Positions 25,052-35,293 of a DNA stretch of 64,000 bases are shown piece by piece. Numbering within the stretch: position 1 is the stretch's first letter; every line of letters starts with the position of its first letter. The DNA is taken from assembly GCA_963764725.1 (NCBI GenBank), contig CAVXTM010000018.1, positions 64,001-128,000 of the forward strand, read 5' to 3'. The translations under genes were made by a program, and so were the position numbers. The stretch comes from an uncultured Gammaproteobacteria bacterium (GTDB taxonomy: Bacteria > Pseudomonadota > Gammaproteobacteria > JACCXJ01). The notes beneath the pieces were generated by a model, which was not told the DNA's origin, did not search any database, and saw only the letters and a list, made by a program, of their open reading frames with translations.

Positions 25052-25056
25052 TTGTC

Positions 25057-25284
25057 ATGAAAAGCATTGCGCTGAAGGAAGCACTGCGGCTGATCACCAA
25101 AGTGCAGACTAACCCGAGAGTAGGACCTGGCCAAGGAGATCAGTTGCAAAAGGCGAAACGAGAACTGGAGTCAATCGCACGATCCGGCAAGCTGGATAGG
25201 CAAAAAGTCTTTCTAGCTATCGAGATCGTTGCGACAGTTCTTCTAGAACTCGTTGAGGACGATGCAACCCGAAGGTCGGAGTGA
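25057..25284 (+). CDS. 75-aa helical small protein, putative retron effector
   Basis: AGAGAGG RBS, ATG 25057, GTGA coupling to the HTH gene; hydrophobic C-terminal helix VFLAIEIVATVLLELV. Confidence 0.65.
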   Translation: MKSIALKEALRLITKVQTNPRVGPGQGDQLQKAKRELESIARSGKLDRQKVFLAIEIVATVLLELVEDDATRRSE

Positions 25285-25646
25285 TTCAGAATCTAATGCA
25301 ACAAGACTACGCCAAAGCGTTCCGTATCATCCGCGCGGCCTTCGGACTCCGACAGTCCGAACTGGCCGAGCGGATGCCCATTACCGCGAGCCAGCTCTCG
25401 CTCATAGAAGCCGGGAAGCGCCAGCCGAGTCTGCGTGTAGTGAATGGTTTGGCAAACGCGGTCGGTGTGCCGGCCGCACTGATTTCCCTGCTCGCATCTA
25501 CTGCGAACGACGTTGAATCGAAACCGGACGAGGACATCTCCGACCTCGCTCGTGCGCTCCTGCGGCTCCTCGTGTCAGCGAGGGAAGAGCCTCAGCGCTC
25601 GTTCAAATTTCAGGGAGTAGGAGGTGCAACCGATCCTATCTGTTAG
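25281..25646 (+). CDS. XRE-family HTH protein
   Basis: IRAAFGLRQSELAE..SQLSLIEAGKRQPS..LANAVGV. Confidence 0.88.
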   Translation: MIQNLMQQDYAKAFRIIRAAFGLRQSELAERMPITASQLSLIEAGKRQPSLRVVNGLANAVGVPAALISLLASTANDVESKPDEDISDLARALLRLLVSAREEPQRSFKFQGVGGATDPIC

Positions 25647-26550
25647 GGATCTGGCGTCGCGACTGGGCACGCCTGCTGCTCGGCTTCGTGAAATCGCCGA
25701 CGATATTAAATCGCATTACAAGGTCTGGCCGCTGTTGGATAAAAAGAAGCATAAAGTTAGACACCTGAGGGTTCCCAGCAATGAGCTGAAGGAGATTCAG
25801 CGTCGGATAAAGAACAACATACTCGCGCCGATCACGCTCCGCGAAGGAGTGCATGGTGGAGTTCGCGGCCGATCGCCACGTTCAAACGCCACCCAGCACT
25901 TGGGTCGGCCCTGTGTGGTAAATCTCGACGTCAGGGACTTCTTCCCCAACGTTCGCCACTGCGTGGTTTACCGGTTGTTTCGGCGCGAACTCGGATTCGG
26001 CCGGGACGTAGCGAGACTCTTGACTCGACTGACCACACTCAACAGTCAGCTCCCCCAAGGCGCCCCAACAAGCACAGCCGTCGCCAACGTGCTTCTCGCG
26101 TTGCCCGTCGATGGCCCAATCTCCGTCGAGGCCGAACGCTTTGACGTCCGCTATACACGCTTTGTCAACGACATCACGTTCTCCGGTTCCAATCCGAGAC
26201 CATTGATCAACGTGGTCGGTCGAATGCTGTCGCGAAGACGATTGCCCATGTATCGGAAGAAGGCAAAGTGGCACTCGAAACCAAAGCTTAAGATCACCTC
26301 GAACTCCAAGCCTCAGGAAGTAACGGGCCTAATCGTAAATTCTAGAACAGGCCCAAGTGTCTCTCCACAACACCGAGACAATATCCGGGCTGCTATTTTC
26401 GGGCTTCGCAATACGACTGATGAAGCAGTGCTGCGCGCAGCGGCGAGTTCCATTCGCGGCAGAATCGCTTACGTTCGACAATTCAACCCCGGTTCGGCCA
26501 ACCGTATGCAGCTATGTCTGGAATCAACGCTCGCTCGGTGCGGTAAATAG
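25624..26550 (+). CDS. Retron-type reverse transcriptase with non-canonical FVND motif
   Basis: LKEIQRRI, NATQH (region X NAxxH), LDVRDFFP, LPQGAPTS, YTRFVNDITFS, VTGL (region Y). Confidence 0.9.
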   Translation: MQPILSVRDLASRLGTPAARLREIADDIKSHYKVWPLLDKKKHKVRHLRVPSNELKEIQRRIKNNILAPITLREGVHGGVRGRSPRSNATQHLGRPCVVNLDVRDFFPNVRHCVVYRLFRRELGFGRDVARLLTRLTTLNSQLPQGAPTSTAVANVLLALPVDGPISVEAERFDVRYTRFVNDITFSGSNPRPLINVVGRMLSRRRLPMYRKKAKWHSKPKLKITSNSKPQEVTGLIVNSRTGPSVSPQHRDNIRAAIFGLRNTTDEAVLRAAASSIRGRIAYVRQFNPGSANRMQLCLESTLARCGK

Positions 26551-26747
26551 GGACAGGCCACGGTTTTCTATTGAACGCGGTTGCGCTCAAACCGGCATCA
26601 GCCATGCGTCTTGGGCTCCTGTAGCGCCCAGTGCATGTGCATGAGAGCGACGGCATCGGCCCCCGGCCAAAGCCTTCAGTTGTGGGCTGTTGCTCGTGCG
26701 GCGGCTGCGGTAGTTCGGCATGTAATAACACTCATCGCAGATTCGTT

Positions 26748-27099
26748 ATGAGCCATCGGATCAACATCATTCTCGACGACGATATTTGGGAGTCTCTGCA
26801 AGCCGTTCCCAAGGGTAAGCGCAGCCCGCTCGTGAATCAGGCGATTGCCGCCTGGCTCGTCCAGAATAACCGCCGCGGCGCGCTGGGGAGGCGATGAATA
26901 CATTACGCAAGCGGGATAGACCGCTCGCCGGTGCGGCGGAGGATTGGGTGCGCGAAGACCGCGATCGGCATCGATGAGGATCGTCGTCCCCGACGCCTCA
27001 GTGTTGCTCAAATGGGGGTTCCTGCCGAACGGGAAACGTATATCGAGCCAGCGTTCGCGCTACGGGATGCGGGCAGTGCAGGCTCACATGGATCCATAG
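26748..27099 (+). pseudogene. Decayed vapBC module: frameshifted antitoxin + PIN N-terminal remnant
   Basis: MSHRINIILDDD.. continuing in a shifted frame to WVREDRDRHR*; ATGA-coupled MRIVVPDASVLLKW at 26974, truncated. Confidence 0.65.
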
Positions 27100-27126
27100 C
27101 GGGGAGAAAATGCCCGGCCCCGCTCG

Positions 27127-27984
27127 CTAGCGCTCTCCGCGAGCGCTTACGAAGGCGACCTTCACCCCCGCGTTGCTGACACCCAAGTAGCGAAGGAACA
27201 CGTACCAAAAAAGCGTAATGGCCAGCATCTCGACGGTCTCTTCAAACGCCTTGCCGAAGTGTCTGACCATGCCGAAGGCCGGCGCAGGCGCATCGTCCGC
27301 GATCCAGACTCCGGTATCAAGAAATTGGGCGATGAGTCTGTATATATTCCAGGGGTGCCCGGGCATCAGCCCTTCAATGAAATCAAGACCCACCGCGAAC
27401 GCCTGGAGGCTGAGCGCCGCGATGACAAGCCACCGTTGCCCGGCTTCCCGTAGCTCCCGCCAGAGAAACACGAATAGATACAGCCCGAGCAAGCCGAATA
27501 CCGGAACGAACAGGAGCTGCCAGGGGTAACTCGGGAAACGCTCAAATACCGATCCGGGTGCCCGGGAGAGAGCGTAAAAAGCGCTCCCTAGCCGCTCGTG
27601 GATCTGCACGCCGTCATCGATCGCCATGTAGATGAAAAGCGCGGCCACGATGGCCCAGCCGCGGCCCCTCTGTGAGGCCGAACGAGCCTGTGCCACGAAG
27701 TAGATCATAAGCGCGGTCAGCCCGGTCAGAAGCGTCTGGGTGGCCCCGAACCAAGACGCCGCGCTGTCTTCGCGGGTGATGTTGAAGAGGCGCCGCAGCG
27801 GTCCGATCGCTGCTCCTAGTCGATAGTTCATGACATAGTCGAGCAGGAGAAACGCGAGCCCGAGAAAAATGCCCATCCAAAGCACACGCCGAGCGACCCG
27901 CACGAGGTCCAACGTGAGAGCGGGGGCAGCGATAGCGTCGCTTTCAAAGGTAAAGCGCATGCCGGAGGATGACGACTTGATCAA
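27127..27984 (-). CDS. Multi-pass membrane protein of unknown function
   Basis: ~7 hydrophobic segments; DD..QIHE, EE..EM motifs. Confidence 0.7.
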   Translation of the reverse strand: MIKSSSSGMRFTFESDAIAAPALTLDLVRVARRVLWMGIFLGLAFLLLDYVMNYRLGAAIGPLRRLFNITREDSAASWFGATQTLLTGLTALMIYFVAQARSASQRGRGWAIVAALFIYMAIDDGVQIHERLGSAFYALSRAPGSVFERFPSYPWQLLFVPVFGLLGLYLFVFLWRELREAGQRWLVIAALSLQAFAVGLDFIEGLMPGHPWNIYRLIAQFLDTGVWIADDAPAPAFGMVRHFGKAFEETVEMLAITLFWYVFLRYLGVSNAGVKVAFVSARGER

Positions 27985-28205
27985 TGCAAAGCATACCGCC
28001 TCAAAGCTTCACCGCCCAACGCCACGCCATTCAGTAGCCGTTCAGCTTGGACCTGTAGAGTGTGCATTCGTACAATCGGGATGATCCTCTCCTCTCGAGT
28101 GTGCCAAGGTTAATGCATCGCCGGCGAGAGTGCATCGCGTTTTGGTCTTAGAAAACCATATCTCGCAATACGCAGCGAAGCGGGCATCGGTTCAGGAGGT
28201 TTTTA

Positions 28206-28532
28206 ATGCACGGGGTCGGTACTGGAATTCTCGAGCAAACGCCGCTAACACGTGTGCACAGACGCTTAGCGATTTTGGTTCCCATCGTCGCTTCGTTGGC
28301 CATATCGCCGTGTGTCTTCGCCGACCCCCCGTACCGGACGCCAGCACCTGGATACTACTCTAAACATCACCACTTTCATCACTTCGGCGACGACGATGAT
28401 AGTAGTGATGACGAAAGCAGCGGCCACGGGTATAGACGCTATTCTTATGATTATGATGTGCACCATCACGATCACTATTATGACGGCAATCCCTTCGACG
28501 ATGAGGCCTATGAGGTCGAATACGAATGGTAG
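28206..28532 (+). CDS. Small putatively secreted His/Asp/Tyr-rich protein
   Basis: Signal-peptide-like N-terminus then HHHFHHFGDDDDSSDD, YDYDVHHHDHYYD. Confidence 0.5.
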   Translation: MHGVGTGILEQTPLTRVHRRLAILVPIVASLAISPCVFADPPYRTPAPGYYSKHHHFHHFGDDDDSSDDESSGHGYRRYSYDYDVHHHDHYYDGNPFDDEAYEVEYEW

Positions 28533-28865
28533 TGAGCAGGGCGGAATCACTCGGTTCGCGGCCACGAGATTAGCGATCCACCGGCATTGGACTCGCCCAC
28601 CCTAGGATTTAAACACCCCGTCGCCCCCCACGGCCGCCGGTATTCAACCCAAATCCAACAGACTGCTAGGTCGAGGGCTCGGATGTTTGACAACTCACTA
28701 GCCTAGCACTACCGTGCCTATTGATTCCGGTGCGGGTGCGGAGGCTGCACGTAGGCCGACAGCCGGTCCAGCCACTCCTTATTCATCCTGGCCCCCGCCA
28801 TTGCAGCGGGACATTCTAACAGGCAGGTCAGTAACAACTATTGATCGAGGGATCGTTTAATCGCC

Positions 28866-31023
28866 ATGGAAGAGGATTTGACCATCGCGGATCTGAGCAT
28901 CGCATCAGACGCCGATTGGCACTTACCCGGGACGAAGCTTCATCGGTATCGCGTCGACAGCGTCCTCGGCCAGGGGGACTATTGGTTAACCTATTTAGCC
29001 AGTGACCTGAACCTGGGCCGCCCGGTTATTATTACCGAATACATGCCGTGCGAGATCGCCATACGCGATACGCGCGGCGTGATTCATCCTGCCGCTGCGG
29101 AGCATGGCGCGGAGTATAAGGCTGGGACTTGAGTGCTTCCTGACTGACGCGCAAAAGCTCGCCGGGATCAGGCATCAAAATATCGCCCTAGCGTTGAATG
29201 CCTTCGAAGCGAACAACAGCGCTTATATCGTCGTCGCGCACGAGCAAGGCAAGAAAGCAGAACACCTCTTTGATGGCTCAACTGTGGCGGAAAAGGAGCT
29301 TCTCGCCTTGGTATTACCGATCCTGGACGGGCTCGAAGCGATCCACGCAAGCGGCTATATTCACCGCTACATTCAGCCGTCAAACATTATTATTCGTCCA
29401 GATGGGAGCCCCGTGTTAACGGGCTTCAACCCGGGCGGCGGCGCTCTCTTCAACCCCGCTAGCACATTGACCAAGCATTTCCCATCGGACTTCGCGCCCA
29501 TCGAGCTTTGCTTTGGCGATGGCGAGCTGCATGGCCCGTGGACCGACATTTTCAGCCTTGGCGCAACGCTCTACCAGGCAGTGGTTGGCGTTGCACCGGT
29601 AGCTGCAATCGAGCGCAGTCGCATGGTCGTCCAAGGCGAAACCGATCCGCTGATGTCCGTACTGCCGGTTGGGCAGGAAAACTATAGCGATGCCTTTCTT
29701 AAAGCCATTGATCATGCCTTACGTTTTTTACCCACGCAGCGGCCGCTGACCGTTGCGGCGTGGCGCAAGGAGCTATCCGGGAACGACTCGCTCGACATCG
29801 ACTTTGTGATCCGGCCTAAATCAGAGCACGTGGTCAAGCTGCGTGATGATGTCGAGACACTACGAGCCCAGGAAGATCACAAGCGGCGCGTGGCCGAAGA
29901 GGAGCGGACCGTCAGGAAGCTTCTCGACCTCGCGCGCACCGCCATAAGCGAACACGATCTGCAGACGGCTCAGACCAGGCTCGACGAGGCCGCGGGAATC
30001 GCACCGACATCGGAAGCCGTAGCCCACCTTCGCGAGGAGCTCAAGGCGCGCGAGACCGCGGTCGTAGAGCAACGCCTCGTGAAGGAGACGCGGCACCTAC
30101 AGGCCGAAGAGACCGCGAACGAGTTAGTTACGCTTGGCCGCGATCCGACGGGCAACCAAGCACGGCCCGCCGTTGCAGGGAGGAGGGACGGGAAAATTGA
30201 GAGCATCCCGGCGTTAAATCGGTCATTACAACCAGCGGATGTTCCGGTGAACATCCCGATAATGAACGACTGGGTACGGAGCACGGTCGATCCCTCCAAT
30301 GAAACGGCGGGCGGCAGTCCCCCCGAACGGGACCTGCGACGACGGCACCGCGGCAAGTGGCTCGGATACTCTGCCGCGACCGCAGGGATAGTGGGTCTGG
30401 GACTCTCCTTGGCGTGGATGCGTCCGGGTTCGTTTGCTATCCTCTACGATGCGGCAGACGAATGGCTTTCCGGAAACCTCTTTCGTGACGAGCCAACCGA
30501 AACCCTGCCCAAGCCGGCGGCCCAAGTACCCGTACCGGGACGTGAGGATCCAGCCGGAGCGCCGCCCGTTTTCCAACCGCGCTTGGATCAGGAGCAATGG
30601 GACGCGGCTCGGACCAGGCTCGACGAGGCCGCCGTGAACGCACCGGAATCGGAAACCGTAGCCGGCCTTCGCGACGAGCTCAAGGCGCGCGAGACCAGGC
30701 AAGTAGCGATCCGAGAGGTCACCCCCTCGCGTGTTCGTGTGAGGCCGGGCGAGACCGTACGGTTTTATACCGAATATTCTCTAAGCCTTCCGGCGAGCGA
30801 CAAGGAAGCTCATGTGAAAGCCACCTGGGTGCTGCTTCGAGGCGGCCGGAAAATCGGGCGAGAAGGTATCGACAATCGATACGCAAGGGCAGGCCTCAAT
30901 ACCGCGGTAACCGAGCTGACATTACCACCCCGGACCGCATCCGGGGAATACACCGTCGAGCATCGGGTGCAGGTGGGTGATAGCTTCGATGTGGCGCACT
31001 CGCGTTTTGTCCTAGCGAGGTAG
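28866..31023 (+). pseudogene. Ser/Thr kinase-like (pseudokinase) - TM - extracytoplasmic protein, +1 frameshift at ~29121
   Basis: VLGQG..TYLA, TEYMP, HRYIQPSNI, APIE, GPWTDIFSLGATLY; ORFs 28866 and 29104 join by removing one G. Confidence 0.72.
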
Positions 31024-34000
31024 TGCGACCCTGGCCTCCGCGTCGAACACGGTTGCGACGGCGGGCGTGGAGCGCCGGCGGGCGAGCAGCGTATAGGCCG
31101 TAGGGATCACGAACAAGGTCAGGAGCGTCCCGAGCGACAGTCCGCCTACGATAACCCAGCCGATGGGTTGGCGGCTCTCGGCACCGGCGCCTACCGCCAA
31201 TGCCAATGGTGCGGCGCCGAGGATCATCGCGAAGGTGGTCATCAGGATCGGCCGTAACCGCAACCCCGCCGCCTCGATCACGGCATCGAGCCTGGCGTGT
31301 CCCCGGCCCTGAAGCTGGTTAGCGAACTCCACAATCAAGATACCGTTCTTCGTGATAAGGCCGACCAACATCACCAGTCCGATCTGGCTATACACGTTGA
31401 GCGTGCCGCCGGAGGCCTTCAGCGCCAACAGCGCGCCGGCGACGGCAAGCGGTACGGTCAAGAGGATGACCAAGGGATCGATAAAGCTCTCGAATTGAGC
31501 CGCCAAGACGAGGTAAATGAATATTAGTGCCAAGGCAAAGGTCGTATACAAGGTCGTGCTGGACTCACGAAACTCCCGTGATTGCCCGTCAAGATCGGTA
31601 CGTGCCGCCGGCGGCAAAACTTCCTTGGCAGTTTCTTCCAGGAACCGTAGCCCATCACCTAATGAATAACCGGGAGCTATGCCCGCGCTAATAATTGCGG
31701 CGCGCAGCCGATTGAAGTGATTGAGCGCCACGGGAGCGACGGTCTCCGTCACGGCAACCACGTTGTCAAGCTGCACTAACTGGCCAGCCCCGCCGCGCAC
31801 ATAGATCGACGTCAGATCGTCCGGCGTTCTACGCTCGGCATCCGCGACTTTCACGATGACGTCGTACTGTTCTCCCTCCCGCTTGAAACGCGTAACCTGG
31901 CGGCCGCCGAGCAGAGTTTCGAGCGTGCGGCCGATCTCCGCCACCTCGACGCCGACGTCCGCCGCCTTGTCGCGGTTGACCGCGATCCGCAACTGAGGCT
32001 TGTTAAGCTTAAGATCAACGTCAAGATTCACGAGCCCAGCAAACTGCTGCCCTTTGTTGACGAGTGCGTCCACCAAAGTTTGCAGCTCGGCATAGGAATT
32101 TGCCTGCACCACGAATTGCACCGGCCGGCTGGCAAAGCTTTGGCCGAGCGAAGGGGGATTGCTCGGGAACGCTAAGACGCCAGGCAAGGAAAAGAGCTTG
32201 GGCTGTAGTGCCGCCGCTAGTTCCTGCTGGCTGAGCGTGCGTTCCGACCACGGCTTGAGGTTAATAAAGGCCAAGGCCGAGTTGACCGGGTTGGGTCGCT
32301 GGAGGCCGGGGGCCACCACCATGAAATACCCTTTCACCTCGGGGATCCGGCTTAGAATGTCCTCGATCCGTCGCGCGTAGCGGTCGGTGTAGGCCATCGT
32401 AGCCCCTTCCGGGGCGCTGACGCTAGCGATGATGATGGATCGATCCTCAATCGGCGCAAGTTCCGACTTGAGCTCGGTGAACAGAACCGCGCTCATGGCC
32501 GCGACGCCAAGCACCCCAAGCAAGACCATCCCCCTGTGCTTCAATGCCGCCGTTAGAACCTTGCGATAGGCGAGCGTCAGACTCGCCAACCAACGCTCGG
32601 AAGCCGTATATATCCAGCCGTGCGCCGACCGGGCCACGAGCATCTTGGAGCACATCATCGGCGTCAGGGTCAAGGCCACGAACCCCGAGACCATCACGGC
32701 CGCGGATACCGCCAAGGCGAATTCCCGAAACAACCTGCCGGTGTTGCCGCTCATATACGCAAGCGGGGCAAAAACGGTGGCAAGCGTCAAGGTCATCGCG
32801 ATCACCGCGAAGGCGATCTCGCGGCTCCCTTCGAACGCCGCACGGACCGGAGCCATACCCTGCTCGATGCGGCGGTAGATGTTCTCGAGCATGACGATGG
32901 CATCATCGACGACCAATCCGATGGCCAGGACGAGTGCAAGCAAGGTGAGCACATTGACCGTGAAACCGAAGGCATAGATAAAGATAAAGGCCCCGATGAG
33001 CGATACCGGGATAGTGACGAACGGAATGAGCGTCGCGCGCACCGAACGCAGAAACACGAAGGTCACCGCCAAGACCAGCAGCAAGGCCTGCCCCAGCGTG
33101 TAAAACACCTCTTCGATCGAGCGTTCAATAAACAGCGCGCTGTCATAGGCCACGCGCAGTTGCATTCCCGGCGGCAGGCTTGCCGTGATCGCGGGTAGCT
33201 CGTTCTTAACCGCTTGCGCCACCTCGAGCGTATTAGCGGTGGATTGCTTGACGACCCCGAGCCCCACGGCCGGCTGCCCGTTAACGCGTACGGCGTTGCG
33301 ATCATCCTCCGCGCCGAGCTCGGCGCGGCCAACGTCCCGCAAGCGAACCGGGTAACCGTCAACCTCACGGATAATCAGTTGATTGAACTGTTCGGGCGTG
33401 CGTAAATCGGACTCGGTCAGTACCGAGAATTCGCGCTCGCGGCTTTCGATGCGGCCCGCGGGGATCTCGACGTTGCGTTGATTCAAGGCGTCTTCGATAT
33501 CCTGGGGCGACAACTCGTAGCCTGCGAGCCGCGCCCGGTTCAGCCAGATCCGCATGGCATAGCGGCGCTCTCCGCCGATGATGATGCTGGCGACACCCGC
33601 TAAGGATTGCAACCGATCCTCGACATAACGATCGGCGAAATCGGTGATCTCTAGCGGTGTATGCCGATCACTGAAAAATGCCAGCCAGATGATGGCCTGG
33701 TCATCGACATCGACCTTCGAGATAACAGGTTCATCCGCTTCGCGCGGGAGCTGATCGCGCGCCCGCGAAACTCTGTCTCGTACGTCCGCCGCCGCGGCAT
33801 CCGGATCGCGATCGGGTTGGAACGTGATACTGATCTGGCTGACTTCCTCGCGGCTGACGGATTTCAAGGTTTTGATACCCTCAATACCCGCGACCGAGTC
33901 CTCGATCGGCCGGGTGACTTGGCTTTCGATGACTTCGCTCGAGGCGCCTGGGTAGACGGTGCGCACCGTCATCGCCGGCGCATCGATGTCGGGATACTCG

Positions 34001-34104
34001 CGCACCGGCAAGCGCTCATAAGCCATGAGCCCGAGCAACACCAGCACCAGGCTCATGACCGTGGCCAGCACGGGACGGCGGATCGAGAGATCGGAGAGGA
34101 CCAT
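31012..34104 (-). CDS. RND efflux permease (AcrB/AcrD/AcrF family)
   Basis: IRRPV, GLVVDDAIV, ALTLTP, KNGILIVEFA, RLRPILMT. Confidence 0.96.
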   Translation of the reverse strand: MVLSDLSIRRPVLATVMSLVLVLLGLMAYERLPVREYPDIDAPAMTVRTVYPGASSEVIESQVTRPIEDSVAGIEGIKTLKSVSREEVSQISITFQPDRDPDAAAADVRDRVSRARDQLPREADEPVISKVDVDDQAIIWLAFFSDRHTPLEITDFADRYVEDRLQSLAGVASIIIGGERRYAMRIWLNRARLAGYELSPQDIEDALNQRNVEIPAGRIESREREFSVLTESDLRTPEQFNQLIIREVDGYPVRLRDVGRAELGAEDDRNAVRVNGQPAVGLGVVKQSTANTLEVAQAVKNELPAITASLPPGMQLRVAYDSALFIERSIEEVFYTLGQALLLVLAVTFVFLRSVRATLIPFVTIPVSLIGAFIFIYAFGFTVNVLTLLALVLAIGLVVDDAIVMLENIYRRIEQGMAPVRAAFEGSREIAFAVIAMTLTLATVFAPLAYMSGNTGRLFREFALAVSAAVMVSGFVALTLTPMMCSKMLVARSAHGWIYTASERWLASLTLAYRKVLTAALKHRGMVLLGVLGVAAMSAVLFTELKSELAPIEDRSIIIASVSAPEGATMAYTDRYARRIEDILSRIPEVKGYFMVVAPGLQRPNPVNSALAFINLKPWSERTLSQQELAAALQPKLFSLPGVLAFPSNPPSLGQSFASRPVQFVVQANSYAELQTLVDALVNKGQQFAGLVNLDVDLKLNKPQLRIAVNRDKAADVGVEVAEIGRTLETLLGGRQVTRFKREGEQYDVIVKVADAERRTPDDLTSIYVRGGAGQLVQLDNVVAVTETVAPVALNHFNRLRAAIISAGIAPGYSLGDGLRFLEETAKEVLPPAARTDLDGQSREFRESSTTLYTTFALALIFIYLVLAAQFESFIDPLVILLTVPLAVAGALLALKASGGTLNVYSQIGLVMLVGLITKNGILIVEFANQLQGRGHARLDAVIEAAGLRLRPILMTTFAMILGAAPLALAVGAGAESRQPIGWVIVGGLSLGTLLTLFVIPTAYTLLARRRSTPAVATVFDAEARVALPR

Positions 34105-34111
34105 GGGAAAG

Positions 34112-35209
34112 CTACCCGGCGGCTGGATCGACGCCGCGGGCGTCGGACCAGTCCGTGGCTTGGATCGGGACGCCGTCCTGGAGCTTGGCGTAGCCCTCCG
34201 TCACGACAATGTCACCTACCCCCAAACCGGCGGTGATTTCGACCTCTCCGGGGACGCGCGTCCCGGTGGTGACCTGGGTCAGCACGGCTTTACCGCCGAC
34301 CGCGCGGTACACGAACTGGCCACTCGCCATCGGCACCAGGGCCTGTTCCGGCACCCACAACGCGTCCTTCCGCACCGACAGGATGAGGCTGGCGCGGGCG
34401 AACATGCCTGGCCGTAACTTGAGGTGCTCATTGGGGATGCGACCCCGGACCCGAAGGCTACGGGAGGCTTCGTCGATGCGCGGGTCGACGGCGTAGATCT
34501 CGCCCTCGAAGATGGTCTCCGGAAAGGCTTCGACTTGAACGACGATCCGCTGGGCCGGCCGCACCTCGGCCGCGTGGCGCTCCGGGATGCGGAGATCGAT
34601 CTTGATGGGATCGATGGCCTCCAGGTTGACCAGATCCTGGCCCTTCTTGACATAATCGCCGGGACTGATCCGCCGCAAACCGAGGATGCCGCTGAAGGGC
34701 GCGCGCAGCACGGTCTTGTTCAAGCGTGCCCGGGCCAAGGCGAGAGTGGCGCGCGCCTCCTTGAGGACCGCGTCCATCTCGTCGTATTCTTGCTTGCTCA
34801 TCACCCGCTTGGTGAGGAGATCGCGGGCGCGTTTGAATTTCAATTCCCCGAGTGCCAGGCCGGCTTCACGCTGATCGACCTCCGCCCGGTATTCGACGGG
34901 ATTGAGCATGACCAACACGTGGTCCTTGTCGACCGGCTGGCCTTCTTGAACATCGAGGGCGCCGACCCGCCCGTCGATCTCCGAGCGGATCACGACCGCC
35001 TCGTCCGCGAGGAGCGTACCGACGCTCTCTACTCTTTGGTTGGCGGGGCCCCTGCGCACGCCCGAGGTCACCACCGCAACCGCGGGGCTGCTCAACGCGG
35101 CCGGCGCCGGGCCGAGGCTTTGAGGGTGGGGCGTTACGGGGCGCAAGTAGTACCCCACCGTGCCGGCACATAGAAAAAGTGCCAATAGTATCGCTAGAGC
35201 CTTCTTCAC
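34112..35209 (-). CDS. RND periplasmic adaptor subunit (start uncertain)
   Basis: TM anchor, RAPFSG, LRPGMF; upstream of the RND permease. Confidence 0.9.
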   Translation of the reverse strand: MKKALAILLALFLCAGTVGYYLRPVTPHPQSLGPAPAALSSPAVAVVTSGVRRGPANQRVESVGTLLADEAVVIRSEIDGRVGALDVQEGQPVDKDHVLVMLNPVEYRAEVDQREAGLALGELKFKRARDLLTKRVMSKQEYDEMDAVLKEARATLALARARLNKTVLRAPFSGILGLRRISPGDYVKKGQDLVNLEAIDPIKIDLRIPERHAAEVRPAQRIVVQVEAFPETIFEGEIYAVDPRIDEASRSLRVRGRIPNEHLKLRPGMFARASLILSVRKDALWVPEQALVPMASGQFVYRAVGGKAVLTQVTTGTRVPGEVEITAGLGVGDIVVTEGYAKLQDGVPIQATDWSDARGVDPAAG

Positions 35210-35293
35210 CTTGCGGGGAGCGATCGGTTTTGCTGGGGGGACGGGTCGTGGATAATGGCGTCCTTTGAGCGAGTGACAGTAGCATACGTGCTT

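Noticed and set aside
24808-25149. ORF 24808..25149(-) and the upstream extension 24955-25056 of the small ORF
   Set aside because: They overlap the structured RNA; the clear RBS precedes ATG 25057
25624-26550. RT as group II intron, DGR or CRISPR-associated RT
   Set aside because: No maturase/endonuclease extension, no TR/VR repeat pair or cas genes seen; NAxxH and VTG point to a retron
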